A stretch of 64,000 nucleotides of DNA from a virus (IMGVR_UViG_3300045821_000013:1027-65026); one strand, 5' to 3'. Positions 1 to 8,090 are shown, counted from the stretch's first letter. Notes: generated from the letters alone by a model not told the origin. Program-made: numbers and translations.

Positions 1-658
1 TCTCGACCACGTACCAGAGTTTTCGCGCTCCAGTACAGGCGAGATAGAGCGGCCCGGCGCGCTTGACGGGATTTCCGGCCTGAATGATATGCGCCTCGAC
101 CGGGCTTCCGGAGAAAATGGCTTCGGTGATCGGCAGGATAGAATCAGGATAGTCGCCAGTCTCGTCCAAGAGCCACATGACATATTCAGCATGGAGGCCG
201 CGCAGGGCATTGCCGATCTGTGTAGCGTCGGCGTCCTTGGCCCATGTGCGGGCTTCCAGCTTCCATGTTGCCGGGCGTTCTCGGAGGAAGATCGTTTCCT
301 TGGTTTGTTCGAACAATTGCTGGAGCAAAGTGGATTTGGAGCGCCATCGGGCAAGCTCCGTCCAAAGATTGGCTTTCAGGTTGTCTTTCGATATCGACGT
401 GGCGCCGACAGCCGGATTTGGTCGAGTAAGCAGAAAATTCCAGCCGATCCACGCAAGGACGGCGGATTTTCCCGGCCCGGTGCAGGCTTTCATCACCATG
501 CGCTTGCTGGTTGGATAATTCCGCAGGGCGTCGGCCTGCCATGCGTCCGGCTCGACATCGAACAAGTCGCGGACCATTTGAACAGGGTCATTGCGCCATT
601 TCTCGACAGCCGATCCTCCAATCTGGAGGATTTCGGCCGCCTTTGCGATATCAGCCAC
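1..658 (-). CDS. terL: Terminase large subunit, N-terminal ATPase domain (runs off the window start; absent from the ORF track)
   Basis: Manual translation from GTG at 658: VADIAKAAEILQ...WRNDPVQMVRDLFDVEPDAWQ...KACTGPGKS (Walker A)...VMWLLDE (Walker B)...QAGNP...LWYVVE; open to position 1. Confidence 0.92.
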   Translation of the reverse strand, partial: MADIAKAAEILQIGGSAVEKWRNDPVQMVRDLFDVEPDAWQADALRNYPTSKRMVMKACTGPGKSAVLAWIGWNFLLTRPNPAVGATSISKDNLKANLWTELARWRSKSTLLQQLFEQTKETIFLRERPATWKLEARTWAKDADATQIGNALRGLHAEYVMWLLDETGDYPDSILPITEAIFSGSPVEAHIIQAGNPVKRAGPLYLACTGARKLWYVVE

Positions 659-956
659 TTCCAACTTTCTCCGCCTGGCCCTCGAAATAGGCCAATTGCT
701 CCTTGAGTAAGACTATCACATCGCTGCGCTCGGCGTTCGATATGTAGTTGCATCGCCCCTTGTGACCATGCAGGGGGAATTGCAGGAGGATGAAACCAGT
801 ATCGCGGTCATCGCCCTTCTTGTCGCCATTGAACGTCTGATCGAGCGTTTTCGCCAGATCGTTCATGAAGGCAGCATATTGCTGTTCGATTGGCGCGTTT
901 CCGAGACGGAAATTTGCTTTGCGAACAGCGTCGATGCGGTCACCTATCTTGCCCAT
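651..956 (-). CDS. Conserved phage hypothetical protein
   Basis: 101-aa ORF (GFILLQFP...RCNYISNAERSDV) overlapping the terL start; fits operon packing. Confidence 0.65.
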   Translation of the reverse strand: MGKIGDRIDAVRKANFRLGNAPIEQQYAAFMNDLAKTLDQTFNGDKKGDDRDTGFILLQFPLHGHKGRCNYISNAERSDVIVLLKEQLAYFEGQAEKVGSG

Positions 957-1421
957 CTATCTTCCCTCCATCGTCATCGGCGGGCCTATCGGTGCGGGGT
1001 CGGTCATGGGGTGGCCTTTCTTGGCGATGTCCATCAACACGTCGCAGTGACAAGCCGCATCGAGCGCGCACCAGCAGGCGAGGTTTTTGCCGCGAAGGGT
1101 CGGAAGGCCGGCGTGCATGGCTGCACGCGCATGTTCCGATTCCGCTCCAGCCCAATTCTCCCGCCAATGGCGCGTATCGATCCAGGTGCGGAAGGCTTCA
1201 ATGCATCGCGCGGCGATTTCAAGATCGCTTCCAAGGTATCCGGCCTCGCGGCATCCTTTGATCGTGAAAGGATTTCCGAACCGCGTCGGACGTGCGCAAT
1301 TGACCGCTGGCAAGCCGTTGACGGCGCGCGAATGGGCTTGAAGGTCGAAACCCTTGACGCGGGACAGTCGCAAGCGGATAGGGGTTGCTTCCTCGGGGGT
1401 GTAGACAAGGGGGCGGGTCAT
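957..1421 (-). CDS. DUF4326 domain protein
   Basis: Motifs RPTRFGNPF and LRGKNLACWC...CHCDVL typical of DUF4326. Confidence 0.85.
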   Translation of the reverse strand: MTRPLVYTPEEATPIRLRLSRVKGFDLQAHSRAVNGLPAVNCARPTRFGNPFTIKGCREAGYLGSDLEIAARCIEAFRTWIDTRHWRENWAGAESEHARAAMHAGLPTLRGKNLACWCALDAACHCDVLMDIAKKGHPMTDPAPIGPPMTMEGR

Positions 1422-1654
1422 TTCGTCTCGCGCTCCTTCGCAGCCTCAATGTAGACCGTGCGCCCATCATTATATTGCAGATAGACAGGTTCCCCGGTTT
1501 CGATGCGGTCGAAGATCGATTTCAGGTTTTTTTCCGCTTCGTCGCGCTGTCTTTCGACAAACTTCAACTCGACCTTGAGTTTTTCCATGTCGAGCCATAG
1601 GCGGTCGAAGCGGTCTAATTCGTCGCGAACGGTGATATTGGCGTGGCTCATCAT
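1418..1654 (-). CDS. Hypothetical protein
   Basis: ATGA-coupled to the DUF4326 gene; short coiled-coil. Confidence 0.55.
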   Translation of the reverse strand: MMSHANITVRDELDRFDRLWLDMEKLKVELKFVERQRDEAEKNLKSIFDRIETGEPVYLQYNDGRTVYIEAAKERETK

Positions 1655-2466
1655 TCCCCCTCCTTGGTGAAAGCGCGGGCCTCGCAATAAAGCGTCTCTA
1701 CGGGCGAACTATCCGGAAATTCCGGAGAGTTTCCGAGAGCATTGGAAGCGATGCAATGCGGGTAGCCGGTGGTCTGGTCGCGGATCGTTTCCAGCGCCGC
1801 CCGCAGCCTCTCCATCTCGCGCAACGCTGCATCATGCTTCGCCTGCGATCTACCAAGATCGACCCCAATGCGCGCGACTTCCTTAATACAGGTGTTACGC
1901 TCGGCCTCGGCTTTCGTGATCGGAGATTTCCACGCGCGGAGACTACCTAGCAGCGCGTTGAACCGGGCTATATCCCGTTTTCCATCGCTGAATGAGGCTA
2001 AAATTTCCGATTGCAGATAGGTGAAGTTCGCCTCGGCTTTTTCCGCGCGGTTTTGGAGCGCCCCGATTTCATCCCATGTCGGCGCGTTAGGGCGCTCCGC
2101 ATAAAGCGAGTTTGCCATCGCCAAGGCTGCGTCAGAATCGTCGGCGCGCTTCTTCTCGGCATCCACCTCGCGTAATGCTTCATCCCGCTCGCGCGCAACT
2201 TTCAACGTCTCTTGGCGGGCTTCGTTAGCAAAATCATACTGCCGGTTGGCGCGATCTCGCTGTTTTACAATCTCCGCTATGGATTCATCCCGCTCGCGCT
2301 CCCGTTCCTCCACCATTGCGATAAGCCGAGGAATGACGATGGCCGCTTCGCCCATAAGATTTGAAAGCGCAGGGCTGATTGACCAATTTTCCTCAATATC
2401 AGCCGTCGCCTGCTCCGCTTTCGCCGCAATATCAGCGAGAAATTCCGCATCGGTCTGCTCAACCAT
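1651..2466 (-). CDS. Coiled-coil hypothetical protein (Ead/Ea22-like accessory)
   Basis: Long heptad-rich ORF; probable start MVEQTD at 2466. Confidence 0.55.
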   Translation of the reverse strand: MVEQTDAEFLADIAAKAEQATADIEENWSISPALSNLMGEAAIVIPRLIAMVEERERERDESIAEIVKQRDRANRQYDFANEARQETLKVARERDEALREVDAEKKRADDSDAALAMANSLYAERPNAPTWDEIGALQNRAEKAEANFTYLQSEILASFSDGKRDIARFNALLGSLRAWKSPITKAEAERNTCIKEVARIGVDLGRSQAKHDAALREMERLRAALETIRDQTTGYPHCIASNALGNSPEFPDSSPVETLYCEARAFTKEGE

Positions 2467-2725
2467 TGGTTTTCTCCCATGCAGCCATAAGCTCACCACG
2501 CGACGGGAAACACCGTTTGCGCGACCATTCGATCATCTTGCGGTAGCCGGGGTTTCCTTTGGCCTCGTAGGCGTCAACGCCTTTCCACCATGTTGCCTCG
2601 TCGGGCATTTCAAAAAGCATGTTGCGGCAAGAAGGGCAGCATGGGAGGCCATCTCTCTTGCCAACATCGGTAATACTTCCCCACCATGTGCAATTTACGC
2701 CAAACGCAATTCTCGAATCGCTCAT
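2459..2725 (-). CDS. Small Cys-containing hypothetical protein
   Basis: MSDSRIAFGVNCTWW...LPCCPSC; RBS ggagc upstream of ATG 2725. Confidence 0.6.
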   Translation of the reverse strand: MSDSRIAFGVNCTWWGSITDVGKRDGLPCCPSCRNMLFEMPDEATWWKGVDAYEAKGNPGYRKMIEWSRKRCFPSRGELMAAWEKTNG

Positions 2726-2867
2726 TTCGGCTCCTGTTGTTTGGGAGGTGTGGGGAGCGGATGCCAATGTGTTGGCGCGTGATAAGTTCCGTCCATCGTT
2801 GTAAAACAATCGCGCGGCGGGCGATGCGCCTCGCCTACGGCAATCGCACCTTTCGGGGGTGTGGTGG

Positions 2868-3710
2868 TCATTCCGCCGCCTCGTCATTTTGTTGCGGATT
2901 AATCGCCTGTTCGATCCGGTCGCACAATCGAAGCCATTGACTCTTGGACATGGTGTATTCCGTCCGACCAATGGTGACGCCGAGTGCATCGCCCTTGTCT
3001 CGGATTTTCATGTCATCGACCGGGTTCGTGCGCTCGTTGTAATCGGCCTCGGCCTGCGCCTCGACGTGCTTTTCGGTCGCGCGGTCTTTCCCCGCCGCCT
3101 TGGCGTTGGCGACGGCCTTCTTGATCGTCTCCGCGCCGGCAGGGCCTTCGCGGCGGATCGTTTTCGCCGCCAGGGTCGCGGAAACCTCGCCCTTGCGCAC
3201 CAGTTCATGGACTTCGGCAGGCGCGGCTTGGAAATCAAGCGACTGCGCCACGTAGGTTTCGGACTTTCCGAGCTTTGCCGCGACTTCCTTGATCGTGGCG
3301 CCGAGCGCGACAGCGCGCTTGATATTGTGGCCCTCCTCCAGCGGCGTGAGGCGCTTGCCGGAGTTCGAGATATTCTGGTTCAGGATGCGGTCGATATCGT
3401 TCGTCCCGCGCGATTCGGGGATGCAGGGCACAGTCCTGATATCCGCGCCGCGCTCGATCGCCAGCATGGTCCCGGCGAGGCGACAATGGCCGTCCGACAC
3501 GAACACGTCGTCTCCGTCCAAGAAGATTTCGAGCGGCTTCTTCACGCCGTCCTGCGCGATGGACGAGGCGAGCCATTCGATATGTTCGACGTTTTCCGGC
3601 GTGTCCAGATCGCGGGCGTTCAAGCCGGGCTTCACGCGGAGCTTGCGAGGATCGAAGTTCAGGACGGCGGCGCGGCTTTCGGCGAGGTCTTTCAGGGATG
3701 CCATGGTCAA
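2868..3710 (-). CDS. ParB/Spo0J-like N-terminal domain protein with HTH
   Basis: NARDL...LASSIAQDGVKKPL...DGHCRLAG, then LTPLEEG...VAAKLGKSETYV. Confidence 0.8.
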   Translation of the reverse strand: MTMASLKDLAESRAAVLNFDPRKLRVKPGLNARDLDTPENVEHIEWLASSIAQDGVKKPLEIFLDGDDVFVSDGHCRLAGTMLAIERGADIRTVPCIPESRGTNDIDRILNQNISNSGKRLTPLEEGHNIKRAVALGATIKEVAAKLGKSETYVAQSLDFQAAPAEVHELVRKGEVSATLAAKTIRREGPAGAETIKKAVANAKAAGKDRATEKHVEAQAEADYNERTNPVDDMKIRDKGDALGVTIGRTEYTMSKSQWLRLCDRIEQAINPQQNDEAAE

Positions 3711-3937
3711 TGATCCTTTTTCAGTTGGCGATCGTCATTCAGCACCTTGAAATGCGGCGCGCGCTCCAGAACGAGGCGCGTCACAGCGATCACATCGGCG
3801 GTTGTGTGCTTGGTGGCCGATCCGATGAAACTCAACTTGACGGCCTCCATTATCTGCTCAGCCTCCGAGAGAGCGTCCCAAGCTTCCTCGGCCAACATCG
3901 GGCCTTCATCGTCAATTAGTTCCGGCGTCTCAATCAT
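3707..3937 (-). CDS. Hypothetical protein
   Basis: ATGA overlaps on both sides. Confidence 0.55.
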   Translation of the reverse strand: MIETPELIDDEGPMLAEEAWDALSEAEQIMEAVKLSFIGSATKHTTADVIAVTRLVLERAPHFKVLNDDRQLKKDH

Positions 3938-4278
3938 GGCGTCTGGTCCTTCTGGCGTTTCAATTCAGATCGGCGCCGATACCATGTGCGCTCGCTCACG
4001 CCTTCGGCGAGCCATGGCTTGGTGGCGGCGAGGGTTGAAGCTTCCTCTCCAATTCGCGGCCTGCCTCGGCGATTTTGGCGCCGGGGCTGGTCGGAGGGTT
4101 GCCCAACATCTGGTTGATGATTTCCATCTGCCATTGGGGGACTGGCTGGTGGCATAACAGCCGCAGGAATTCCGACAGCGGCGGTTCTTTCATCGGCCCG
4201 GTCCCTTCGATCCACGCAGCGGTGCATCCTGCCTACGAGGGCAAGATCAGAACCGCATATTTGGCAGAGTTTTGTCAT
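3934..4278 (-). CDS. Hypothetical protein with C-terminal HTH-like motif
   Basis: KPWLAEGVSERTWYRRR resembles short phage HTH tails. Confidence 0.5.
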   Translation of the reverse strand: MTKLCQICGSDLALVGRMHRCVDRRDRADERTAAVGIPAAVMPPASPPMADGNHQPDVGQPSDQPRRQNRRGRPRIGEEASTLAATKPWLAEGVSERTWYRRRSELKRQKDQTP

Positions 4279-4329
4279 TGGCAGGATATTGACGCAATTA
4301 TGGCAGTTTCGATAGGGGCGTTGCGAAAC

Positions 4330-4932
4330 TTATTTTGCGCCAGGCGCGCCCTTGCCGTAACTCGCCATCACCAAATCGAACAGGGAAAGCCCCTTGTTCG
4401 TGTCGGCCTCGGAATCGAGGCTGAACGCCTTGCGCTCCAGCTCGGTCAGCGTCTTGAGCGCCGTCGACAGGTCTTTGATGACGACGGTTCGGGCATTGAG
4501 GGAAACCGCGCGGAGCATGGCCTCCCTGCGCTTTGGCGACTTGTCGCTCTTGCAGTCGGAATAAATGATGTCCTCGATCGTGAGGCGGTGATTGGAAATA
4601 TCGAGCAATTCCCGCATGAGGCGGTCAACGATATCGCGGGCCTTGGCGATATCCTTTCGGTGGCTTTTGACGACTTCCGCGCCGATTTTGCCTGCTTCTT
4701 GGACGATTTCCTCGTCCGACGTGCTGTTCGTCCCGTCTCGCACCAATCCGGCTCGCACAGCTTCGCGGACTTTCGATGTCAGGTCTTTTGTCCATCCGAG
4801 CATTTTAGCCCGTTTGCGGACTAGAGCTTCGGACATGCCGTGCTTTTTGCCTATTTCGACGTTTGAGAGTTGGCCGGCTCGATAGTCGGCTTCCACTCTC
4901 TGCCAGTCGATTTGTTTGTCTTGTCCAGCCAT
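4330..4932 (-). CDS. terS: Terminase small subunit
   Basis: N-terminal HTH IDWQRVEADYRAGQLSNVEIGKKHGMSEALVRKRAKMLGWTKDL; C-terminal LKTLTELERKAFSLD. Confidence 0.75.
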   Translation of the reverse strand: MAGQDKQIDWQRVEADYRAGQLSNVEIGKKHGMSEALVRKRAKMLGWTKDLTSKVREAVRAGLVRDGTNSTSDEEIVQEAGKIGAEVVKSHRKDIAKARDIVDRLMRELLDISNHRLTIEDIIYSDCKSDKSPKRREAMLRAVSLNARTVVIKDLSTALKTLTELERKAFSLDSEADTNKGLSLFDLVMASYGKGAPGAK

Positions 4933-5002
4933 GATGATGATGCGTGATTTGTGCGAGGCGTCGCACGGCATTGTCTCACAGGCTTGGCTTTGGGGGAAGG
5001 CG

Positions 5003-5188
5003 TCACGCTTTCCTCGGCTTTGGCAGCGCCGGGCGAGGCTTGAGCCATCGCATTTCGGACGCCTCGAACACGATTGCGCCGGGGCGCAAGGAGGCTTCCG
5101 GCATAGGTCCGAAAATGCCGCTTCCCTTGCACCATGCGAAATGGATTCGGACTGGCAGGGCGCAATAGGCGCATCGGGAGAGCATCAT
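5003..5188 (-). CDS. Small hypothetical protein
   Basis: Start overlaps the upstream stop; CxxC motifs. Confidence 0.4.
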   Translation of the reverse strand: MMLSRCAYCALPVRIHFAWCKGSGIFGPMPEASLRPGAIVFEASEMRWLKPRPALPKPRKA

Positions 5189-5391
5189 TGCAGGGTTTCC
5201 TTCGGTCCAGCGAACAACGCGTCAAGCTCCGGATCTGGCGCGCCTTGGCTGCGCCACCTCGTCAGGCGTTTGTAGCTTTCCATCACGCACTTGGAACAGG
5301 CGTGGCCGTAATAGTGGCGTTCCACGTCTGTCAGGATTGCGCCGCAGCCTGGCCCGATCATGTCGCCGAGACAAATGTAAACGTCGCTCAT
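5185..5391 (-). CDS. Small Cys-rich hypothetical protein
   Basis: MSDVYICLG...CG...ACSKC; ATGA-coupled. Confidence 0.55.
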   Translation of the reverse strand: MSDVYICLGDMIGPGCGAILTDVERHYYGHACSKCVMESYKRLTRWRSQGAPDPELDALFAGPKETLQ

Positions 5392-5648
5392 GGGTCGATG
5401 CAGTCGAAAGGCGCGCGATCCTGCGCAGCTCGGTGGCGATGGATTTGATCCATCCAAGTGTCAAAGCTGTTTTTCGCCGCGTCGTAGTTGGCGCACAGAT
5501 CGCCAAATGATATGTCGCCCTCGAAATATCCACGCTTCGACGCCACCAGATCGCGGTAACGCTCTGTGAAAACGGCATGTGCGCGCGTGATTTCAGTCGG
5601 TTCTCGCGGCGGAAAATGCGGTTCGTATTTCCTCGGCTGGTCAGGCAC
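5388..5648 (-). CDS. Hypothetical protein
   Basis: GTG start with RBS ggagtt upstream. Confidence 0.55.
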   Translation of the reverse strand: MPDQPRKYEPHFPPREPTEITRAHAVFTERYRDLVASKRGYFEGDISFGDLCANYDAAKNSFDTWMDQIHRHRAAQDRAPFDCIDP

Positions 5649-5746
5649 GATTTAACTCCGAAAGGACCGCCCGACTGTTGAGCCGGGCGGTAAGTCTAGG
5701 GAGGAAACGCCCAAGGAGGGCATTGAAACTATAGCACGGCGGCAGC

Positions 5747-5781
5747 AAAAAAGCGCCGTGTTGCGTTTGCAAAACGGCGCT
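5747..5781 (-). terminator. Intrinsic terminator
   Basis: AGCGCCGT/ACGGCGCT stem followed by a T-run on the minus strand. Confidence 0.7.
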
Positions 5782-5785
5782 GGTT

Positions 5786-5848
5786 TGGTCGGGATCGAAG
5801 GGAATTTCACCCTCCCGCGAATCGCGGCTGGCTCTCCAACAGCTCCCG
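5786..5848 (-). ncRNA. tRNA-like cloverleaf lacking an anticodon loop, 3'-ACCA
   Basis: CGGGAGC TG TTGG-AGAG-CCAG CCGCG-ATT-CGCGG GAGGG-TGAAATT-CCCTT C GATCCCG ACCA; acceptor stem with one mismatch, T-arm-like hairpin, CCA end, terminator downstream. Confidence 0.5.
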
Positions 5849-5861
5849 TTATTCCGCGTGA

Positions 5862-5891
5862 GCGGCCCCCACAGCCGTTACCCACTTTGCC
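5862..5891. repeat. 30-bp direct repeat, copy 1
   Basis: gcggcccccacagccgttacccactttgcc, identical to 6297-6326. Confidence 0.95.
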
Positions 5892-6268
5892 TAGGCCTGC
5901 TCGATCTGCCCCTGCGAATTGGCGTCGTTCGGGTGAATGGCCCGTTCGTCCTGGTTCAGCTTGCCGCCGAAAATCGCATCTTCATGCCGCGCCGGCGCCG
6001 CCGGGGCGTCGTGCTTTGCCGCCTGCCCGCGCTGATATTCCATCCAGTGGGCTTGGCCGAGTTCGACCGGCGAGGCGTCATCGTCCTGCTGGTTCAGCAC
6101 GACTCCCTGCTTTTGGAAAATGCCGAGCGGCGCGAAGATCGTCAGATCGATGGTTGCTAAGTTCACGCGCGAAATGATCGCGGGCACAGCCTGATCGCTG
6201 CGGCCGCCAGGATCGGCGTGGGTGGGATGATAGAGGACAATTCTGCCTACGGTCGGTTCGATGCTCAT
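5891..6268 (-). CDS. Conserved phage hypothetical protein (PTVGRIVxY family)
   Basis: MSIEPTVGRIVLYHP...AIISRV...IDLTIF; lies between the two 30-bp repeats. Confidence 0.7.
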   Translation of the reverse strand: MSIEPTVGRIVLYHPTHADPGGRSDQAVPAIISRVNLATIDLTIFAPLGIFQKQGVVLNQQDDDASPVELGQAHWMEYQRGQAAKHDAPAAPARHEDAIFGGKLNQDERAIHPNDANSQGQIEQA

Positions 6269-6296
6269 GCGCGATTGGCTCCAGCGTTAAATCAGG

Positions 6297-6326
6297 GCGG
6301 CCCCCACAGCCGTTACCCACTTTGCC
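6297..6326. repeat. 30-bp direct repeat, copy 2
   Basis: Identical to 5862-5891. Confidence 0.95.
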
Positions 6327-6399
6327 CAAGCTCTGGTTGCGAAAGGCGTGTGACCCCGAAGCCCTATTTAAACCTGATTTGCGCCAATTTTCAACCTGT

Positions 6400-6450
6400 T
6401 GCGTTATGTGCAATTATTGCTTGTCCTCGAACCGAAAAGGTGTAATATGT
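6400..6450 (+). promoter_or_regulatory. Divergent promoter region; putative rightward sigma70 promoter and palindromic operator
   Basis: cTTGTC-N17-TAATAT (6420-6448); palindrome GCAAT-T-ATTGC (6410-6420); AT-rich gap between divergent operons. Confidence 0.45.
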
Positions 6451-6477
6451 GCGTGTACTGAAACGCCGGAGGCTCCA

Positions 6478-6648
6478 ATGGTCGCCTATTTCTTCTACGG
6501 TCGCAAAGGCCAACTCTCCGAGTTGCACATTTGCGAACGCCCCTGCAATGGCGTCGAGTTCCAGAACGCCGAAATCGTCAAGGTTTGGGACAAGCGCGAA
6601 GCGCGCCTCGTCTGCAAGCGCCGCAACATCATCTGCTACAATTTTTAA
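6478..6648 (+). CDS. Early small hypothetical protein
   Basis: RBS ggagg before ATG 6478; MVAYFFYGRK... Confidence 0.55.
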   Translation: MVAYFFYGRKGQLSELHICERPCNGVEFQNAEIVKVWDKREARLVCKRRNIICYNF

Positions 6649-6658
6649 GGAGAACGCC

Positions 6659-6961
6659 ATGGCCGACTATCGCATCGAATTCCCCGACTTCGATCCTGCC
6701 ACGCTTCCCGCCATCCCAGCAGGGTTCAAAGACGTGTCGTGGCATAACGACGTCTGCCCCGCCTTTTTCAATTCCGCGCTGCTCCTGTCGATCTTCATCG
6801 ACTATGCCGATATGGAGCAGCGCGAATGGCCGGACACGCCGCGCTTTTACATTTTCAAATGCAATGAAGATGGATCGCGTCTTGACGAAGATAGTGGCGA
6901 TTTCGTTTCGGACGATTGGGACGCCATCATCGCCTACATTTCCGCCAACAAAAGAGCCTGA
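6659..6961 (+). CDS. Early acidic hypothetical protein
   Basis: RBS aaggagaacgccATG; MADYRIEFPDF...DVSWHNDVCP. Confidence 0.65.
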   Translation: MADYRIEFPDFDPATLPAIPAGFKDVSWHNDVCPAFFNSALLLSIFIDYADMEQREWPDTPRFYIFKCNEDGSRLDEDSGDFVSDDWDAIIAYISANKRA

Positions 6962-6973
6962 ACGGAGAACGCC

Positions 6974-7393
6974 ATGACCATCATTTTCAAATTGCTTTCG
7001 GACGGCGCTTTTGTCGCCGGAGATACCGAAAGCGGCATGACCACTTACGCCTACCCCACCAGCACCAATGCCGAAGCGGCCAAAAAACACCCCGAACGGC
7101 AATCTATCTATGCGCAAAGCATGATTGACAGCCAACGCCGGAACAATGGGATTGGCGCCGACTACGACGATGCCAATTGGCAGCGTCTCGGCGGGCGTCC
7201 CGACACGATCAAAATGGATCGCGCTATCACGCTCGAACGCCATCAGAACTACGGCGTGTTCACCTATTACCCGATCTGCGACAACGCCAAACGATTCGCC
7301 GACTTGACCGGAACCAAGACCATCACGCCGCGCGCCATGCAGATTATCCGCTCGCTCGGCTACGTCATCATCGAACGCCAACAGGAGGCTTGA
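6974..7393 (+). CDS. Early hypothetical protein
   Basis: RBS ggagaacgccATG; 139 aa. Confidence 0.65.
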   Translation: MTIIFKLLSDGAFVAGDTESGMTTYAYPTSTNAEAAKKHPERQSIYAQSMIDSQRRNNGIGADYDDANWQRLGGRPDTIKMDRAITLERHQNYGVFTYYPICDNAKRFADLTGTKTITPRAMQIIRSLGYVIIERQQEA

Positions 7394-7396
7394 GCC

Positions 7397-7615
7397 ATGA
7401 GAAACACAATCAATTACGGCGGTTTTGCTTTCCCTATCACGGAACCGACCCGGTTTACCCAGTTCGGTCTGACCGCGCGCGATTACTTCGCAGCCGCTGT
7501 TGCACCCGCTTTCGCCCCGCTTCTAGCGCCGGATTATCGCGAGGCTGCGCGCCGGGCCTATGCGCTCGCTGACGCCATGATTGCCGAGCGCGAGAGCGCC
7601 AAAACGGAGGCTTGA
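7397..7615 (+). CDS. Conserved phage protein (GxTxRDYFAA family)
   Basis: GFAFP...GLTARDYFAAA...AARRAYALADAMIAER. Confidence 0.8.
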   Translation: MRNTINYGGFAFPITEPTRFTQFGLTARDYFAAAVAPAFAPLLAPDYREAARRAYALADAMIAERESAKTEA

Positions 7616-7618
7616 GAC

Positions 7619-7747
7619 ATGCTGACGCCTCCCCGACATCAACCCATGACGCAGGCTGAACTGGAATTCGCAGTTAGCCTGCGTCTCATTCTGGCGGGGA
7701 TTGTCCTCTCCGTCATCGCCATCATTTGGTTTGGAGGGACTCCATGA
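7619..7747 (+). CDS. Small membrane peptide (42 aa, not in the ORF track)
   Basis: RBS ggagg; MLTPP...LRLILAGIVLSVIAIIWFGGTP. Confidence 0.5.
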   Translation: MLTPPRHQPMTQAELEFAVSLRLILAGIVLSVIAIIWFGGTP

Positions 7748-7852
7748 CCTATCTGCATCTTTTTGCGGCGTGGATCGGCGTCCTCATGCTGTTTTTCGAC
7801 GCCGAACTGCTTGAATTTTTCGGATGGAACGACATCGAAAGAAAAGAAACCC

Positions 7853-8089
7853 ATGACCGAACCGGAACGCGCCCGCCAATGGCGTGAACACATGAACTTG
7901 ACGCGCTCTGCCCTATCCGAACTGACGGGGTTCTCTGTCGCCTCGATCATGGATTTCGAGTTAGGCTATCGCCGCACGACCAACGTGGCGATCGAGGCGC
8001 GAAATTGGCGCCGCTACAAATTATGTTGCGCCGCCGTCGCCTCCGGACTGACGTTCGATTGGGGTCCGGTGCGGATTGATCTTCCATAA
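7853..8089 (+). CDS. XRE-family HTH protein
   Basis: RARQWREHMNLTRSALSELTGFSVASIMDFELG. Confidence 0.75.
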   Translation: MTEPERARQWREHMNLTRSALSELTGFSVASIMDFELGYRRTTNVAIEARNWRRYKLCCAAVASGLTFDWGPVRIDLP

Positions 8090-8090
8090 T

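Noticed and set aside
89-706. 205-aa plus-strand ORF at the window start
   Set aside because: Shadow of the terL ATPase domain on the minus strand
2868-3710. Complete ParABS plasmid partition system
   Set aside because: No ParA Walker-box ATPase or parS repeat array identified
5786-5848. Canonical tRNA-Pro gene or attP core
   Set aside because: No 7-nt anticodon loop, non-canonical T-loop, only 63 nt, and no integrase; kept only as a tRNA-like element
5862-6326. Possible CRISPR mini-array from the 30-bp repeats
   Set aside because: Only two copies 435 bp apart with a gene between them; no cas genes
6280-6390. SAM-II or c-di-GMP riboswitch resemblance (CTGATTTAAC, GGGCAAA)
   Set aside because: Only short fragments match; the other conserved elements are absent
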